Source: Dehalococcoidia bacterium (GTDB taxonomy: Bacteria; Chloroflexota; Dehalococcoidia; Plut-88900). Taken from it: a stretch of DNA of 64,000 nucleotides. Shown in pieces: positions 9,868-20,431 of this stretch. The number at the start of each line of letters is the position of its first letter. The first letter of the stretch is position 1. The notes below the pieces were generated by a model, which saw only the letters and a program-made list of their open reading frames with translations, ran no database searches and had not been told where the DNA came from. The translations under genes and the position numbers were made by a program. The stretch is from the NCBI GenBank assembly GCA_965197585.1, contig OZ240215.1:3136001-3200000 (forward strand). The letters run 5' to 3'.

Positions 9868-11805
9868 CTAAGTCCGCCCCGCCTCCGGTTCCAGGGACGG
9901 GGTATCCGGGGCGGGGGCGCGCTGTTCCGGTGCCGGCGTGTCCTTCTCGGCTGCGGGCGGGGGGGTCTTTGCAGCCACCACCGCAGGCACGACAACCGTG
10001 AGGTCAGCCGTTGCATCCGCATCGAAGGCAGCGGCAAGGTCATCACCGTCCAGGGTCTCGACCTGCATGACGTACTCGGCTAGCTGGCCCAGTTTGACCC
10101 TGTTGGCGATAAGGATGTCGCGGGCCGTGTTCTCAGCAAATTGGATCAGGTCCTGGATCTCCTGGTCGATGCTGACAGCGATCTTTTCACTGTAGTTGCG
10201 CGAGTCGGACAGTTCCTTGCCTAGGAATACCAGCTCTTCCTTGTGCCCGAAAGTCCGGGGCCCGAGGGTGTCGCTCATTCCGTACTCGGTGACCATGCGC
10301 CGGGCCAGCTTGGTGGCGTGTTCCAAATCGTTGGAGGCGCCCGTAGTGATCTCGTTGAAGGTCAGATCCTCGGCGACCCGCCCCCCGAGTGCCGTGGCCA
10401 ACATGGCCTTGAACTGGGAGCGGCTGTAGAGGTAGCGGTCTTCGGAGGGAAGGAGCCGCGTGTATCCCCCCATCCCACCCCGAGCCACGATAGAGACTTT
10501 ATGAACGGTGTCGGAGTGCTCCAACATTCGGGCCACCAATGCGTGCCCGACCTCGTGGTAGGCGGTGATTGCCTTCTCCTTGACGCTTATAAGGCGGCTC
10601 CTGCGCTCCGGGCCTGCGATAACCCGGTCTATGGCCTCTTCGACCTGCCGGGTTGTGATGGTCTTCTGAGAGTGGCGGGCTGCAAGGATAGCGGCCTCGT
10701 TGAGCAGGTTGGCAAGGTCGGCGCCGCTGAAACCTGGGGTCTGCTTGGCCAGCACTTCAAGGTCCACGTCATCGGCCATTGGCTTGCCCTTGGAGTGAAC
10801 GGCCAGGATTTCCCGTCTGCCGTTAATATCGGGCAGGTCGAGGACGACGCGCCGGTCGAAGCGGCCGGGACGCAGCAGGGCGGGGTCCAAGATGTCTGGG
10901 CGGTTGGTTGCGGCCAGGACTATGACATTGGTCGATGAATCAAAGCCGTCCATCTCGACCAGTATCTGGTTGAGGGTCTGCTCCCGCTCGTCGTGCCCAC
11001 CCCCGAGACCCGCGCCCCGGTGTCGTCCCACGGCGTCTATCTCATCTACAAATATTATGCACGGAGCGTTGCGCTTGGCCTGGTCGAACAGGTCCCGCAC
11101 CCGGGATGCACCCACTCCGACGAACATCTCGACAAATTCGCTGCCGCTTATGGAGAAGAACGGGACACCCGCCTCTCCGGCAACGGCTCGGCTCAGGAGG
11201 GTCTTGCCCGTGCCCGGTGACCCGACCAGCAACACTCCCCTCGGAACCTTTGCCCCGAGGGCCGCGAACTTCTCCGGGAATCGGAGGAACTCCACTACTT
11301 CCTGGAGGTCCTGCTTCGCCTCCTCCACACCGGCGACGTCCAGGAACGTGATGGTCGTCTTGCTGCCTACAAACATACGGGCTCGGCTCCTGCCGAAGCC
11401 CATGGCCTGGTTGCTGCCGCCTTGCGCCTGGCGGAGCAGGAATAGAAGCACCGCGCCGAAGAAGATCAGGGGCAGGAAGTTGAGGAAGAGCCCGAAGAGG
11501 CTGCTGAGCTGGCTCCTCTCCTTGACCCGGATACTGGGTCCCGCGCTGATGTCAACGCCGTTGTCGGTCAGAGTATCGACTATGCTGGAGCCGGGCTCTT
11601 TTCGGGACTCGTAGCGCTGATCGTCCAGGGCCGTGATGGTCAGCTTGTCCCCGTCGACCTCTATCTCCTTGATCTGATTGCTCTTGGCCATGGATATGAC
11701 GTCGGACAGATCAATGTCCTCCGTGCCGTAGGATGGCTGGAAGAGCGTAAAGACAATCGCGACGATCGCGACGATTATGATGAGATAGATAAAACTGCTT
11801 CTCAT
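9868..11805 (-). CDS. ftsH: ATP-dependent zinc metalloprotease FtsH
   Basis: Two TM helices, Walker A GSPGTGKT, Walker B IFVDEID, SRH, HEVGH. Confidence 0.98.
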   Translation of the reverse strand: MRSSFIYLIIIVAIVAIVFTLFQPSYGTEDIDLSDVISMAKSNQIKEIEVDGDKLTITALDDQRYESRKEPGSSIVDTLTDNGVDISAGPSIRVKERSQLSSLFGLFLNFLPLIFFGAVLLFLLRQAQGGSNQAMGFGRSRARMFVGSKTTITFLDVAGVEEAKQDLQEVVEFLRFPEKFAALGAKVPRGVLLVGSPGTGKTLLSRAVAGEAGVPFFSISGSEFVEMFVGVGASRVRDLFDQAKRNAPCIIFVDEIDAVGRHRGAGLGGGHDEREQTLNQILVEMDGFDSSTNVIVLAATNRPDILDPALLRPGRFDRRVVLDLPDINGRREILAVHSKGKPMADDVDLEVLAKQTPGFSGADLANLLNEAAILAARHSQKTITTRQVEEAIDRVIAGPERRSRLISVKEKAITAYHEVGHALVARMLEHSDTVHKVSIVARGGMGGYTRLLPSEDRYLYSRSQFKAMLATALGGRVAEDLTFNEITTGASNDLEHATKLARRMVTEYGMSDTLGPRTFGHKEELVFLGKELSDSRNYSEKIAVSIDQEIQDLIQFAENTARDILIANRVKLGQLAEYVMQVETLDGDDLAAAFDADATADLTVVVPAVVAAKTPPPAAEKDTPAPEQRAPAPDTPSLEPEAGRT

Positions 11806-12058
11806 GTCATGCGGCTTTCCCGGTACGCCTGTATGCCTCCAAAGCCATTATATTATGAAAGGCCGACAGTGTCGAAGACGAGTCCGTTTGTGCCGGTTGT
11901 TCGCCTGTAATATACTTGTTTGAAAGCGGCTATCCTGACAGCCGACCCTGTGTGGCTGAGTTTGTGAAGCGCTGGTAGGAACGGACCGCTATTTTGGCAG
12001 GTGGATTTGAACAATCTTCATTGTAGGCCTTCTTTAGCAACGCGAGCGGGAACTGAGA

Positions 12059-12859
12059 ATGGATAGTGCGACCGATCTGACCCTTGACGACCTGGCAACC
12101 CAATACCTTGAGACCCTCACGCAAAAGAAACGCATGAAGATTGAGCCCGCCGTGGCAAAATTTGTGAGGTGGTGCGGCAAAGACCGGCCGGCAGTGAACG
12201 TCACGGGTCAGGAAGTCGAGCGTTATGCCCAGGACCTGAGCAAAATGGCAGCAACGGAAAGCTCGCCTCACGTGCGGGCTTTTTTGAATTTCGCCCACAA
12301 GCAGGGCACCTTCCGCATAAGCCTTGCCCCAAGTTTTAGGGTCAGGAAGTCCCAGACCACCTCCAAAGAAGGGCCGAAGCGCGCACGGGTAGTCTCCCAG
12401 CTTACCGCCGAAGGCTTCGAAAGGATCCAGACCGAGCTTAAGGAGCTGAAGTCGAGGCGGGGTGCCCTCGCCGAGGCGATAATGAAGGCCGCAGCGGACA
12501 AGGACTTCCGTGAGAACGCTCCCCTGGATGCCGCAAGAGAGGACCAAGGCCGGGTCGAGTCCCGGATCCTGGAGCTGGAAGCGCTAGTCCGTACGGCGGA
12601 GCTGCTGAACGAAGACCATATTCGGAGTGCAGATTCCAGGGTGGCCATAGGGCGCACCGTTGCACTGGAAAACCTGACTAACGGGAACAAAGTCCAGTAC
12701 AAATTGGTCTCGCCCAGCGAAGCCAAGATCTCCGAGGGCAGGATATCCATAGCCTCCCCCGTGGGCAAGGCGATGCTCGGCAGAGTCAATGGGGACGAGG
12801 TGGTCGTGGTAGCCCCCGCAGGCGCGATGAAATTCAAGATACTGGAAATCGTGTCCTGA
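12059..12859 (+). CDS. greA: transcription elongation factor GreA with ~110-aa N-terminal extension
   Basis: LTAEG...DFRENA...ISIASPVGKAMLG GreA motifs in C-terminal ~150 aa. Confidence 0.88.
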   Translation: MDSATDLTLDDLATQYLETLTQKKRMKIEPAVAKFVRWCGKDRPAVNVTGQEVERYAQDLSKMAATESSPHVRAFLNFAHKQGTFRISLAPSFRVRKSQTTSKEGPKRARVVSQLTAEGFERIQTELKELKSRRGALAEAIMKAAADKDFRENAPLDAAREDQGRVESRILELEALVRTAELLNEDHIRSADSRVAIGRTVALENLTNGNKVQYKLVSPSEAKISEGRISIASPVGKAMLGRVNGDEVVVVAPAGAMKFKILEIVS

Positions 12860-12910
12860 CCCCGTACGACATCCCGTAACCCCGATGCGGGACAATTCAA
12901 GTCAAAAGCA

Positions 12911-13846
12911 ATGTTGCTGGACGACCTCGTAACCGCAATCCAAACCGTACAGGCCCGCATCCGCGAGCACGGCAACAGCCTCAGCCAGAACGAATACCGA
13001 ACGCGCCTTGCGCTTATAGACCCGATACTGAACGCGCTCGGCTGGGATGCCTCAGACCCAGTTTCGGTGCTGGCTGAATACGAAGTCGGCAAGCGTCGAG
13101 CAGATTATGCGCTACTCGGCGATGATGGTAAGCCCAAGGCTTTAATTGAAGCCAAGCATTTGGGCGAGATGGCTAACCCCGCCAGACATGAAGATCAGGT
13201 ATTTGACTATGCCTTTAAGCAGAAAGTCAGGTTTGCTGGCCTGACGGACGGCGATCGGTGGATTTTTGAAGATGTTGTCGCAGGGTTCTCCGGTGGTCAG
13301 AGTCGACTTCTAGATGTGACAATTTCCAAGGAATTGGCGTACCAGTGCGCTCTGAAGTTCCTATTGCTATGGCATCCGACGTTGGTACTTGGTCAACCTG
13401 TTGAGGCCAATGCCCCGGTTCTTGCCACACCTCCAGAACCTGATCCCATAATAGATATACCCCCATTGCCTCCGCTTCCACCACCCCCTTCCTCAGAATG
13501 GATATCCCTCACCAACTATGAACACAGTCATGGTCGGCCGTCATTTATACGGTTACCAGACAGTCAAGAAAAGCAACTGAGCCATTGGTACAAGATTCTT
13601 GAGAATACGGCTGAGTGGCTTATTGAAGAGAGGAAACTGACAATATCTATGTGTCCTATAAAGGATATAGTCAGTTCTGACCTTTTCAGCGAAGGGGGTG
13701 CCCGCTACCTTAGGTACGGTGAGTTGAAAAATGGCATGTTCTTTAATAAGAATAAGAGTGCCAAGGACCATTTGAGAGGCTTGAGAATACTCTTACGACA
13801 TTGCGGCCAAGACCCCACCTCCATCCTTCTAAAACCCAGTCGATGA
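12911..13846 (+). CDS. orphan HsdR N-terminal-like PD-(D/E)xK nuclease domain protein
   Basis: NExxTRxxLIDPILxALGW, ADYAL, IEAK, LTDGDRW; Pro-rich linker and unknown C-domain. Confidence 0.75.
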   Translation: MLLDDLVTAIQTVQARIREHGNSLSQNEYRTRLALIDPILNALGWDASDPVSVLAEYEVGKRRADYALLGDDGKPKALIEAKHLGEMANPARHEDQVFDYAFKQKVRFAGLTDGDRWIFEDVVAGFSGGQSRLLDVTISKELAYQCALKFLLLWHPTLVLGQPVEANAPVLATPPEPDPIIDIPPLPPLPPPPSSEWISLTNYEHSHGRPSFIRLPDSQEKQLSHWYKILENTAEWLIEERKLTISMCPIKDIVSSDLFSEGGARYLRYGELKNGMFFNKNKSAKDHLRGLRILLRHCGQDPTSILLKPSR

Positions 13847-13880
13847 CAATCCCTCCCCCACCCCCAGCCCCCCACACCCC

Positions 13881-15143
13881 ATGAAACAGGCCATCTGGAT
13901 CCCGATTGCCATCGGCGCGACAGTCCCCGGCCTCGCTATATGGAGTTCCGGGGCGCACCTCCCTGACGTTGCAGCCGCTTCATTGTTCGGGCTGGCCATA
14001 ATCGGGGGTGCATTCCTCCTCTCCTGGGCCTCCGAAGTCGCCGAGATCGACATCCCCAAGGCCCTAGCCATCTCCGTCCTCGCCATCGTCGCCGTCCTCC
14101 CCGAATACGCCATCGACGTATACCTCGCCTGGACCGCCGCCTACATCCCCGATAACGCCAACCTCGCCACCGCCAACATGACCGGCGCCAACCGGCTCCT
14201 CATTGGCATCGGCTGGAGCCTCGTTGTATTTCTTTACTGGTTCAAGACCCGCAAGAGGGCTCTGTCCATCGGCGGCGCGGCCTCTCCTGCCCTAGCCATC
14301 CTGCTCATTGCCACCCTGTACGCATTCACTATCGTTGTCAGGGGCCAGCTTCACCTCGCCGACACCTTCGTCCTCGGCGCCCTCTTCTGCCTCTTCGTTT
14401 GGACCAACTTCAAGTCGGAAGTGGTGGAGGCGGAGCTGGTCGGTCCCTCGGCCCTGATTGGGGCGCTGCCTACGGCAAAGCGCCGTACTGTGGTACTAGC
14501 TTTATTTGTCATAGCCGCAGGCACAATTCTGATAGTTGCCGAACCTTTCGTCGAGAGCCTTAAAGAGACAGGTCACAGCCTCGGCCTTAGTGAGTTCCTG
14601 CTCATCCAGTGGGTAGCACCGATGGCCTCGGAGGCCCCCGAGATGCTCCTCGCGGCCATATTCGTGCTAAGGAACAGAGGAGAGGACGGGATCGGGATCC
14701 TGGTGTCCTCGAAGGTGAACCAGTGGACTCTGCTAGTGGCGACGCTGCCCACCGCTTACAACATATCTTGGATCGAGTCTCAATCGGTGTGGGAGGTGGT
14801 TGGGCTGGCGATGAACAATCAGCAGGCGATAGAAGTGTTCTTGACTGCGGCTCAGTCACTATTCGCGATAGTACTGATTCTGAAGTTGTCAATCTCGGTG
14901 AGAGGAGCTATCGCTCTATTCGTGCTGTTCACCGCGCAACTGGTGTTGCAGTTTATTGGAGAACTCTTCACGTCTCTCGCCTTCTTAGGCTCCAACGAAG
15001 CACGCTTCGCCTTCGCCGCCCTCTACGTGGCCCTCAGCGTCGGAATCCTCGCCGTAGACCGCGAACGTATAGGGACATTGCCGGGGATATTCCGGTCAGT
15101 GATGCCGGGAGGCTCGGAGGAGGCACAACGCCCCTCATGTTGA
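13881..15143 (+). CDS. CaCA family sodium:calcium/proton antiporter
   Basis: AVLPEYA...ANMTGANR and ASEAPE...SSKVNQ alpha repeats; many TM helices. Confidence 0.85.
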   Translation: MKQAIWIPIAIGATVPGLAIWSSGAHLPDVAAASLFGLAIIGGAFLLSWASEVAEIDIPKALAISVLAIVAVLPEYAIDVYLAWTAAYIPDNANLATANMTGANRLLIGIGWSLVVFLYWFKTRKRALSIGGAASPALAILLIATLYAFTIVVRGQLHLADTFVLGALFCLFVWTNFKSEVVEAELVGPSALIGALPTAKRRTVVLALFVIAAGTILIVAEPFVESLKETGHSLGLSEFLLIQWVAPMASEAPEMLLAAIFVLRNRGEDGIGILVSSKVNQWTLLVATLPTAYNISWIESQSVWEVVGLAMNNQQAIEVFLTAAQSLFAIVLILKLSISVRGAIALFVLFTAQLVLQFIGELFTSLAFLGSNEARFAFAALYVALSVGILAVDRERIGTLPGIFRSVMPGGSEEAQRPSC

Positions 15144-15403
15144 CACCCGCCAATTAAGGGAAGGATGTGGGGCCGCGCATACTGTCGAAGATAGACCTCC
15201 AGCGGACACAGGGGCCAGTTGAAGTATTGATGGGGGTGTTGGGCCGCTCGTGCTGAGGCTCTCGAAGTATGAGCGGGGGGTGGTGCAGGTTCATTGAAGC
15301 GGCCAGCTTTGCCGAGCCACAGCTCGTGCTGTCGTAGATCCGCCGCGCTGAAGGTACGCCTTAGGCGGAGCGGGAACCCGCAGAAATATGAGCGGGGGAG
15401 GGG

Positions 15404-15979
15404 CTACGCAGTCTCGTAAGCCTGCCAGGGCTCCCGGGACATCACCCTCTCCACGATCGGTTCGAAGAACTCCAGTGGCTTGGTAGGGTAATTGGAGTCG
15501 AAGGCGTTCTGGTCGTACTTATGGCACCAGTCGACACACGCCTCGTAGTAGGGATTGTCCCGGTACTTGTCCCGGGCGTTGCGGTCCTTGCCCACGTGGT
15601 GCCAGAAATAGTAGCCCTGGAACTCCCCGTGATGCTGGACGATCCAGTGGTTCTTCTTAGATATGTAGGGTCTGAGAATCGCCGCAGCGACCTCCGAGTG
15701 ATTGTCCTGAGAGACGATCTGCCCGATGTCATGGAACAGTGCGATGAAGACGGTCTCATCGTCGGCGCCGTCCTCGTATGCCCGGGTGGCCGACTGCAGG
15801 GAGTGCTCGAGGCCCGTGACAGGCCCGCCGTCGTCGGATAGCGCCATCTGTTTTACCATAGTCATCAGGGAGTTATAGACCTTTTCCTTCCGTTGAGACC
15901 CATAGGTTTTGATGATTGCCCAGTCCTCGGGGGTGCTGGTCTCCATACTGGCATAAGTGGCTCGTTGCTTGGTCGTCAT
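15404..15979 (-). CDS. HD-domain protein (PhnZ/TmpB-like)
   Basis: LEHSLQSA, HDIG, NH, HH motifs; start moved to ATG 15979 (GGAG upstream). Confidence 0.75.
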   Translation of the reverse strand: MTTKQRATYASMETSTPEDWAIIKTYGSQRKEKVYNSLMTMVKQMALSDDGGPVTGLEHSLQSATRAYEDGADDETVFIALFHDIGQIVSQDNHSEVAAAILRPYISKKNHWIVQHHGEFQGYYFWHHVGKDRNARDKYRDNPYYEACVDWCHKYDQNAFDSNYPTKPLEFFEPIVERVMSREPWQAYETA

Positions 15980-16081
15980 TGCATTCGGTCTCCCTGGTTG
16001 ATGTCGCGCCAGTGTAATACGTATGGTGAACGCGGGCAACAAAAGGCGGGCAGACCACCCCACTCCCGTCGGGCCATCACA

Positions 16082-16114
16082 CCGCTCACCCTGAGGCACT
16101 CGAAGGGTCGAGCG
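16082..16114. repeat. REP-like palindrome family B (representative)
   Basis: CCGCTCACCCTGAG-N-TCGAAGGGTCGAGCGG; relatives near 15244, 22061, 23442, 26289, 30271, 34106, 39574, 40212, 45772, 46840. Confidence 0.85.
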
Positions 16115-16144
16115 GGCCGAAGAGCGCACAGGCGTGTGAGAAGC

Positions 16145-17083
16145 CTACGAGTTCAGCCCCAACACCCGGACCGCGTTGCCGCGCAGCATAGCCTCGACCT
16201 CTTCATGAGTAAACGACGCCTTCTCAGTGGGGTTGTCAGGCAGGTCTCGCACAAGGTCCACCCACCACTTGCGGGAGTACCATCGAGTCCACACCGGGCC
16301 GTCGCACCCGAATAAGACGCGATCTGCGCCCAAGCCATCGATCACCCGCCGGAGCACGATGCAGAACCTCCTATAGTTGTTGGCCGCCTCATGCTGGAAC
16401 GCCGAGAAGTCTGTCACGAGGTTCGGCCTATCCCGCGCCACTTCGATCAACTCCCGCCATGATGCAATGCCGAGATGCGCGGCAATGACCTTGAGGTTTG
16501 GAAAGTCGGTGAGGACGCGTACCAGCTCCTTGGGCTGGCTGAACTTGGGGTCCAGCGGCTCGAACATCTGCCCCGTGTGGAACAGCACCGGCAGCCCGAG
16601 GGCCTGGAGCCGTTCGTAGATTGGGTATGCGGCCTCGTGCCACGGGAACAGGCCGCTCATGTTGGGGTGAAACTTGAAGCCCTTGGCATTCCACTCTTCG
16701 ACGGAGCGCTCGACGAACTCCAGAGCCCCCGGGGCCCGTGGATCGATGCACGAAAAGAAGATGTACCGGTCCGGGTAGGCGGCGCAGATTTGGGCCAACT
16801 CCCGATTCTGCTCCTCTATCGACTTGGGTGCCTCCCCCAGCGCGCACGACCCGTCGATAGCCGTGACCACCGCCACGTCGATTCCCGCCTCATCCATCTC
16901 GGCAATGCACTCCGAGCCGTCGGGATCAAAGCACTTGGCAAACAGGTTCCGGTCTATCTCCTCCGGCGTCCCCGAGAATGGTGAATCAGTGATGTAGGTG
17001 GAGAAGAAGTTGGAGTAGATAGCCCACCAATGGTCGGATAGATACTCCCGGGTCCAGATATGGTTGTGAATGTCTATGGTCAA
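16145..17083 (-). CDS. amidohydrolase_2 family metal-dependent hydrolase
   Basis: IDIHNH, KFHP, FHTG, AHLG, FGCD; TTG start inferred. Confidence 0.85.
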   Translation of the reverse strand: MTIDIHNHIWTREYLSDHWWAIYSNFFSTYITDSPFSGTPEEIDRNLFAKCFDPDGSECIAEMDEAGIDVAVVTAIDGSCALGEAPKSIEEQNRELAQICAAYPDRYIFFSCIDPRAPGALEFVERSVEEWNAKGFKFHPNMSGLFPWHEAAYPIYERLQALGLPVLFHTGQMFEPLDPKFSQPKELVRVLTDFPNLKVIAAHLGIASWRELIEVARDRPNLVTDFSAFQHEAANNYRRFCIVLRRVIDGLGADRVLFGCDGPVWTRWYSRKWWVDLVRDLPDNPTEKASFTHEEVEAMLRGNAVRVLGLNS

Positions 17084-17234
17084 GGACGTCTCCCTAAGTT
17101 CTGAGTTCCGGTTGCCTGGCAAGCTCAACATACCACAGAGGTCGAGTAGTATTACAAACGGGTAGCAGGGAGGGATTAAGGAAATGGGACTCGAAAGCGG
17201 TATAGAAGGAAACTGCTTGGCCTGCGGTCTGCCG

Positions 17235-17420
17235 CTATTCGGAGAATCTCAGTATGGCAGTCATTACGCCAACTACCATACCCCCTACGAGGAGCATGAG
17301 ACCGGCTAACCGAATCTCCAGTGCCTTCAGATCGGCCTTTGTGGCCAGATGCTTGAGCTCGGTGCGAAATTCCGTCTCCAGGATGGTCATTCGCTGTTCT
17401 AGCGGTTCGATTGCTGCCAT
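17235..17420 (-). CDS. small coiled-coil + TM protein (LATKADL, DUF1640-like)
   Basis: LATKADL motif followed by C-terminal hydrophobic helix. Confidence 0.6.
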   Translation of the reverse strand: MAAIEPLEQRMTILETEFRTELKHLATKADLKALEIRLAGLMLLVGGMVVGVMTAILRFSE

Positions 17421-17612
17421 AGTTGAACTTCCCTGACTTTCAATAGGGAAGACCTCAGTCCTTAATGAATGTATGCTAATAGTACGCCTGTGCCATCATT
17501 CAGTCAACACGCTGTTTATGTTGAAATCTCGAGTACCTGTTTGCGCCACCCCTCCCCTCTTGATAAGATTCCACCCTAAGGTCCCGGGCCCCGAGGAGCG
17601 GAGGAAGGCCCC

Positions 17613-18746
17613 ATGAGATTCGATAGCACGCCCTACTACCACCTCGGCAGTGTCTACCCTTGGGACAAAATGGTCGACGAGATGCGGGACGAGGCCCGGC
17701 TCCTGGAGCAGGGCGGCTTCACCACGGTCTGGATCGCCGAGCACCATTTCGCATGGGATGGCTGGCTCGGGACATCGCCGAATCCGCTGATGCTCGGGCA
17801 AGACCTCGCCGCCCACACTGACACCCTCCGCATAGGCCAATGCGGCGTCATCCTGCCTGACTGGCACCCTCTCCGAGTCGCAGAGGACGTGGCCCTGCTC
17901 GACCACTTCACCAAGGGCCGCGTCGACTTCGGTGTGGCACGAGGGCTGAACGGCCGGGCCTCGATCCAGTTCCACCCGGACGCCGACCGCCGTGACCGCG
18001 ACCGCAGCTACGCCCTCTTCTCCGAGTCCCTCGACATCGTCAAGAAAGCCTGGACCGAAGATGCCTTCACCCACTCGGGGGAGTTCTACCGCTTCCCTGA
18101 GCCGGGTTGGATAGAGAACTCAGAGTTTATCCGCGATAGCCGGTACCATTCCCCGGACGGTGAGCTAATAGCCCTGGGCGTACACCCGAAACCCTACCAG
18201 AAGCCCCACCCGCCCATGTGGCAGATGGGCGATTCCCTCCAGTCCCACCGGTTCTCGGCCAGCAAGGGGATGGGGAACATAAGCATCGCGCTGTCCTATG
18301 AAAAGATCAGGGAAGCGTGGGGCTTATACAACGAGGTTGCCTTGGAGACCGATGGCCGGCCGCTCCAGGTCGGGGAGAAGCTCGCCGTAATGCGTCCCAC
18401 CTACATCGCCGAGACCTACGAGGAGGCGGTGAACGACGTGCGTGACGGGTTCAACATGTTCGGAGAGTGGGCAAAGCACGACCCACGCAAGGTCCGCACC
18501 CGCATGGCATTCGAACACGAGCTGACCGACGACGACTACAACCTCAGCTACTTCGACTTCAACCACAAGCACGACTTGATCCTCGTAGGCTCTCCCGACA
18601 CAGTCATAGAGCAGATCGAGGAGATGATCGCCGAGACCGGCTGCCGGCACCTGGCCCTATTCTTGAACTTCCCGGGCCTCAGTTTCAAACAGGTCATGCG
18701 CAGCCTGGACCTCTTCGCCTCAGAAGTCATTCCTCACTTCAACTAG
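17613..18746 (+). CDS. LLM class flavin-dependent oxidoreductase
   Basis: WIAEHHF, HPLRVAED, GRVDFGVARG, PKPYQKPHPP. Confidence 0.92.
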   Translation: MRFDSTPYYHLGSVYPWDKMVDEMRDEARLLEQGGFTTVWIAEHHFAWDGWLGTSPNPLMLGQDLAAHTDTLRIGQCGVILPDWHPLRVAEDVALLDHFTKGRVDFGVARGLNGRASIQFHPDADRRDRDRSYALFSESLDIVKKAWTEDAFTHSGEFYRFPEPGWIENSEFIRDSRYHSPDGELIALGVHPKPYQKPHPPMWQMGDSLQSHRFSASKGMGNISIALSYEKIREAWGLYNEVALETDGRPLQVGEKLAVMRPTYIAETYEEAVNDVRDGFNMFGEWAKHDPRKVRTRMAFEHELTDDDYNLSYFDFNHKHDLILVGSPDTVIEQIEEMIAETGCRHLALFLNFPGLSFKQVMRSLDLFASEVIPHFN

Positions 18747-18779
18747 CACTTCTCCTGTCCCCCTGCCCAAGTACCGGAC

Positions 18780-18888
18780 TAGAGGCAGACGCCTGTGCGT
18801 TAGCACAGGCGTCTGCCTCTGTTCATCCCTCCCCCTCTCCCTTTATGGCCCTAAGGGAGAGGGGGACCAAGGGGGAGAGGGTTCCCCC
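18780..18888. repeat. composite hairpin element (paralog at 43180-43286)
   Basis: AGAGGC...GCCTCT long hairpin followed by CCCCTCTCCCTTxATGGCCCTAAGGGAGAGGGGG; same layout at 43180-43286. Confidence 0.75.
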
Positions 18889-18990
18889 GCAGACATGCCG
18901 ATTGGATCGTCATCCGGAGAGCCCACGCCGGGATCCCTATCTCCGGGCGCAGTGGCTGTTACCATGAATGCCTCAAGGGGCCAGGCCGTT

Positions 18991-19629
18991 TCAATACTCC
19001 CCCGAGGAGGTCACCTCCACCCACAACCCCCTCGCAGTCTTCGCAGCCGTGCCATACCCGAACCCCCGACGCCTCAGGTGATCGACCAGCTTCTTGAAGA
19101 AGGCGTCGAAGTCATCGACGGGCAGCGAGCGGGCCCTGCGCTGAGCGGCCCGGTAGGCCTCGGCTTCATCGTCCATGTCCAGGGTCACGCCCTCTATGGC
19201 CTCGCTATCGACACCCTTCTGCCTTAGTTCCATCTCCAGCATCCTGCGGCTGCGGGGCCTGAATGTTACCCGCTGATCGACCCAGTACTGCGCGAATGTG
19301 AAGTCGTCGAGCAGCCCCTTAGCCCTGAGCTTCTCCACGGTGCGGTCTATAACAGCTTCGCCAACTTGTCGACGGCGGAGCCGGTCACGCAGCTCGCGCT
19401 CACTCCGGGGCCGGGCTGTGAGATATCTGAGCGCGACCGACATTGCAGAGTCGAGCCCCGCCTTTTCCATTAGCTCATCGAGACGTTCGTCCGAAACATC
19501 CTGTCCGATCTGGAGCCGGGCGTCGAACATCGATATCTGGTCCAGTGCGAAGGCGTAGCGCCCATCAATAAACACGTTGACGCGGTCCCGCCGGTTCTTC
19601 TGGACTCGGATATCGGTGATCTGGGGCAT
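18991..19629 (-). CDS. recX: regulatory protein RecX
   Basis: ALRYLTARPRSERE, LDDxxFA, ELRQKGV, LRRRGF. Confidence 0.9.
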   Translation of the reverse strand: MPQITDIRVQKNRRDRVNVFIDGRYAFALDQISMFDARLQIGQDVSDERLDELMEKAGLDSAMSVALRYLTARPRSERELRDRLRRRQVGEAVIDRTVEKLRAKGLLDDFTFAQYWVDQRVTFRPRSRRMLEMELRQKGVDSEAIEGVTLDMDDEAEAYRAAQRRARSLPVDDFDAFFKKLVDHLRRRGFGYGTAAKTARGLWVEVTSSGEY

Positions 19630-19638
19630 AGCGAAGGA

Positions 19639-19971
19639 TTAGTCCGAGGAGGCTGTGGTCAGCGGGCTTTCTTGGCGCGGCCGGATCATCGTGTTGATGA
19701 GCATTTCCGACGAAATTTGAGCAGTACGCAGTTCGAAGGTCTTCTGGAGGTTCAGCCAGAATTCGGGGCTCGTGCCCAGGTAACGGGATAGTCGGAGAGC
19801 GGTGTCGGCAGTTACGCTCCGGCTGCCATTGAGTATTGAGGTGATGCGGTTGGCGGGAACCCAGAGGGCCTTGGCCAAGGCGTTGGCGGACATGCCTATT
19901 TCCTGTAGCTCCTCCTTGAGAATCTCGCCCGGATGCACGGGTCGCATACGGTTCGATATGGACATGCTCAT
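19639..19971 (-). CDS. higA: HigA family antitoxin
   Basis: PVHPGEIL, ADTALRL, FWLNLQ. Confidence 0.92.
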   Translation of the reverse strand: MSMSISNRMRPVHPGEILKEELQEIGMSANALAKALWVPANRITSILNGSRSVTADTALRLSRYLGTSPEFWLNLQKTFELRTAQISSEMLINTMIRPRQESPLTTASSD

Positions 19972-19984
19972 TCCAGAAACCTCT

Positions 19985-20263
19985 TCAATGGTAGTCCACT
20001 ATTTCCACTGCATAGGGCCCTTCATCTCCCCAACGGAAACAGATTCGCCACTTTCGATTGACCCATATGCTGAATTGTCCCCCCCGAATACCGGAGAGTG
20101 ACTCCAGTTTATTGCTGCGCAAAGCTGCCAAGTCTCGCAGGGAAGCTGCATTGTCCAAGATCGTCAACCTGTGATATGCATGATACTCAGAGTCTTGGAA
20201 GGCCCTGAATCGAAAGCCCTCGAAGAATTTTCTCGCTTCTCGATCATTGAAGTTTTGAATCAT
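19985..20263 (-). CDS. higB: HigB/RelE family toxin
   Basis: LESLSG..GQFSI.VN.KWRICFRW...VEIVDYH; upstream of higA. Confidence 0.88.
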   Translation of the reverse strand: MIQNFNDREARKFFEGFRFRAFQDSEYHAYHRLTILDNAASLRDLAALRSNKLESLSGIRGGQFSIWVNRKWRICFRWGDEGPYAVEIVDYH

Positions 20264-20431
20264 TGCAACGCATTACGTAATAGGTAAATATTTGAACCTC
20301 ATTCTAGAACTTCAGCTTTGCAATTGCAAAATGTCAGTTGAAGTAAGGAACCTCGCTTGACACCCGACTCCCCCCATTCCTAACCTACCCCCGACCACAT
20401 CCGCCCGACACGGGCATTGGAGGGACGAGCT

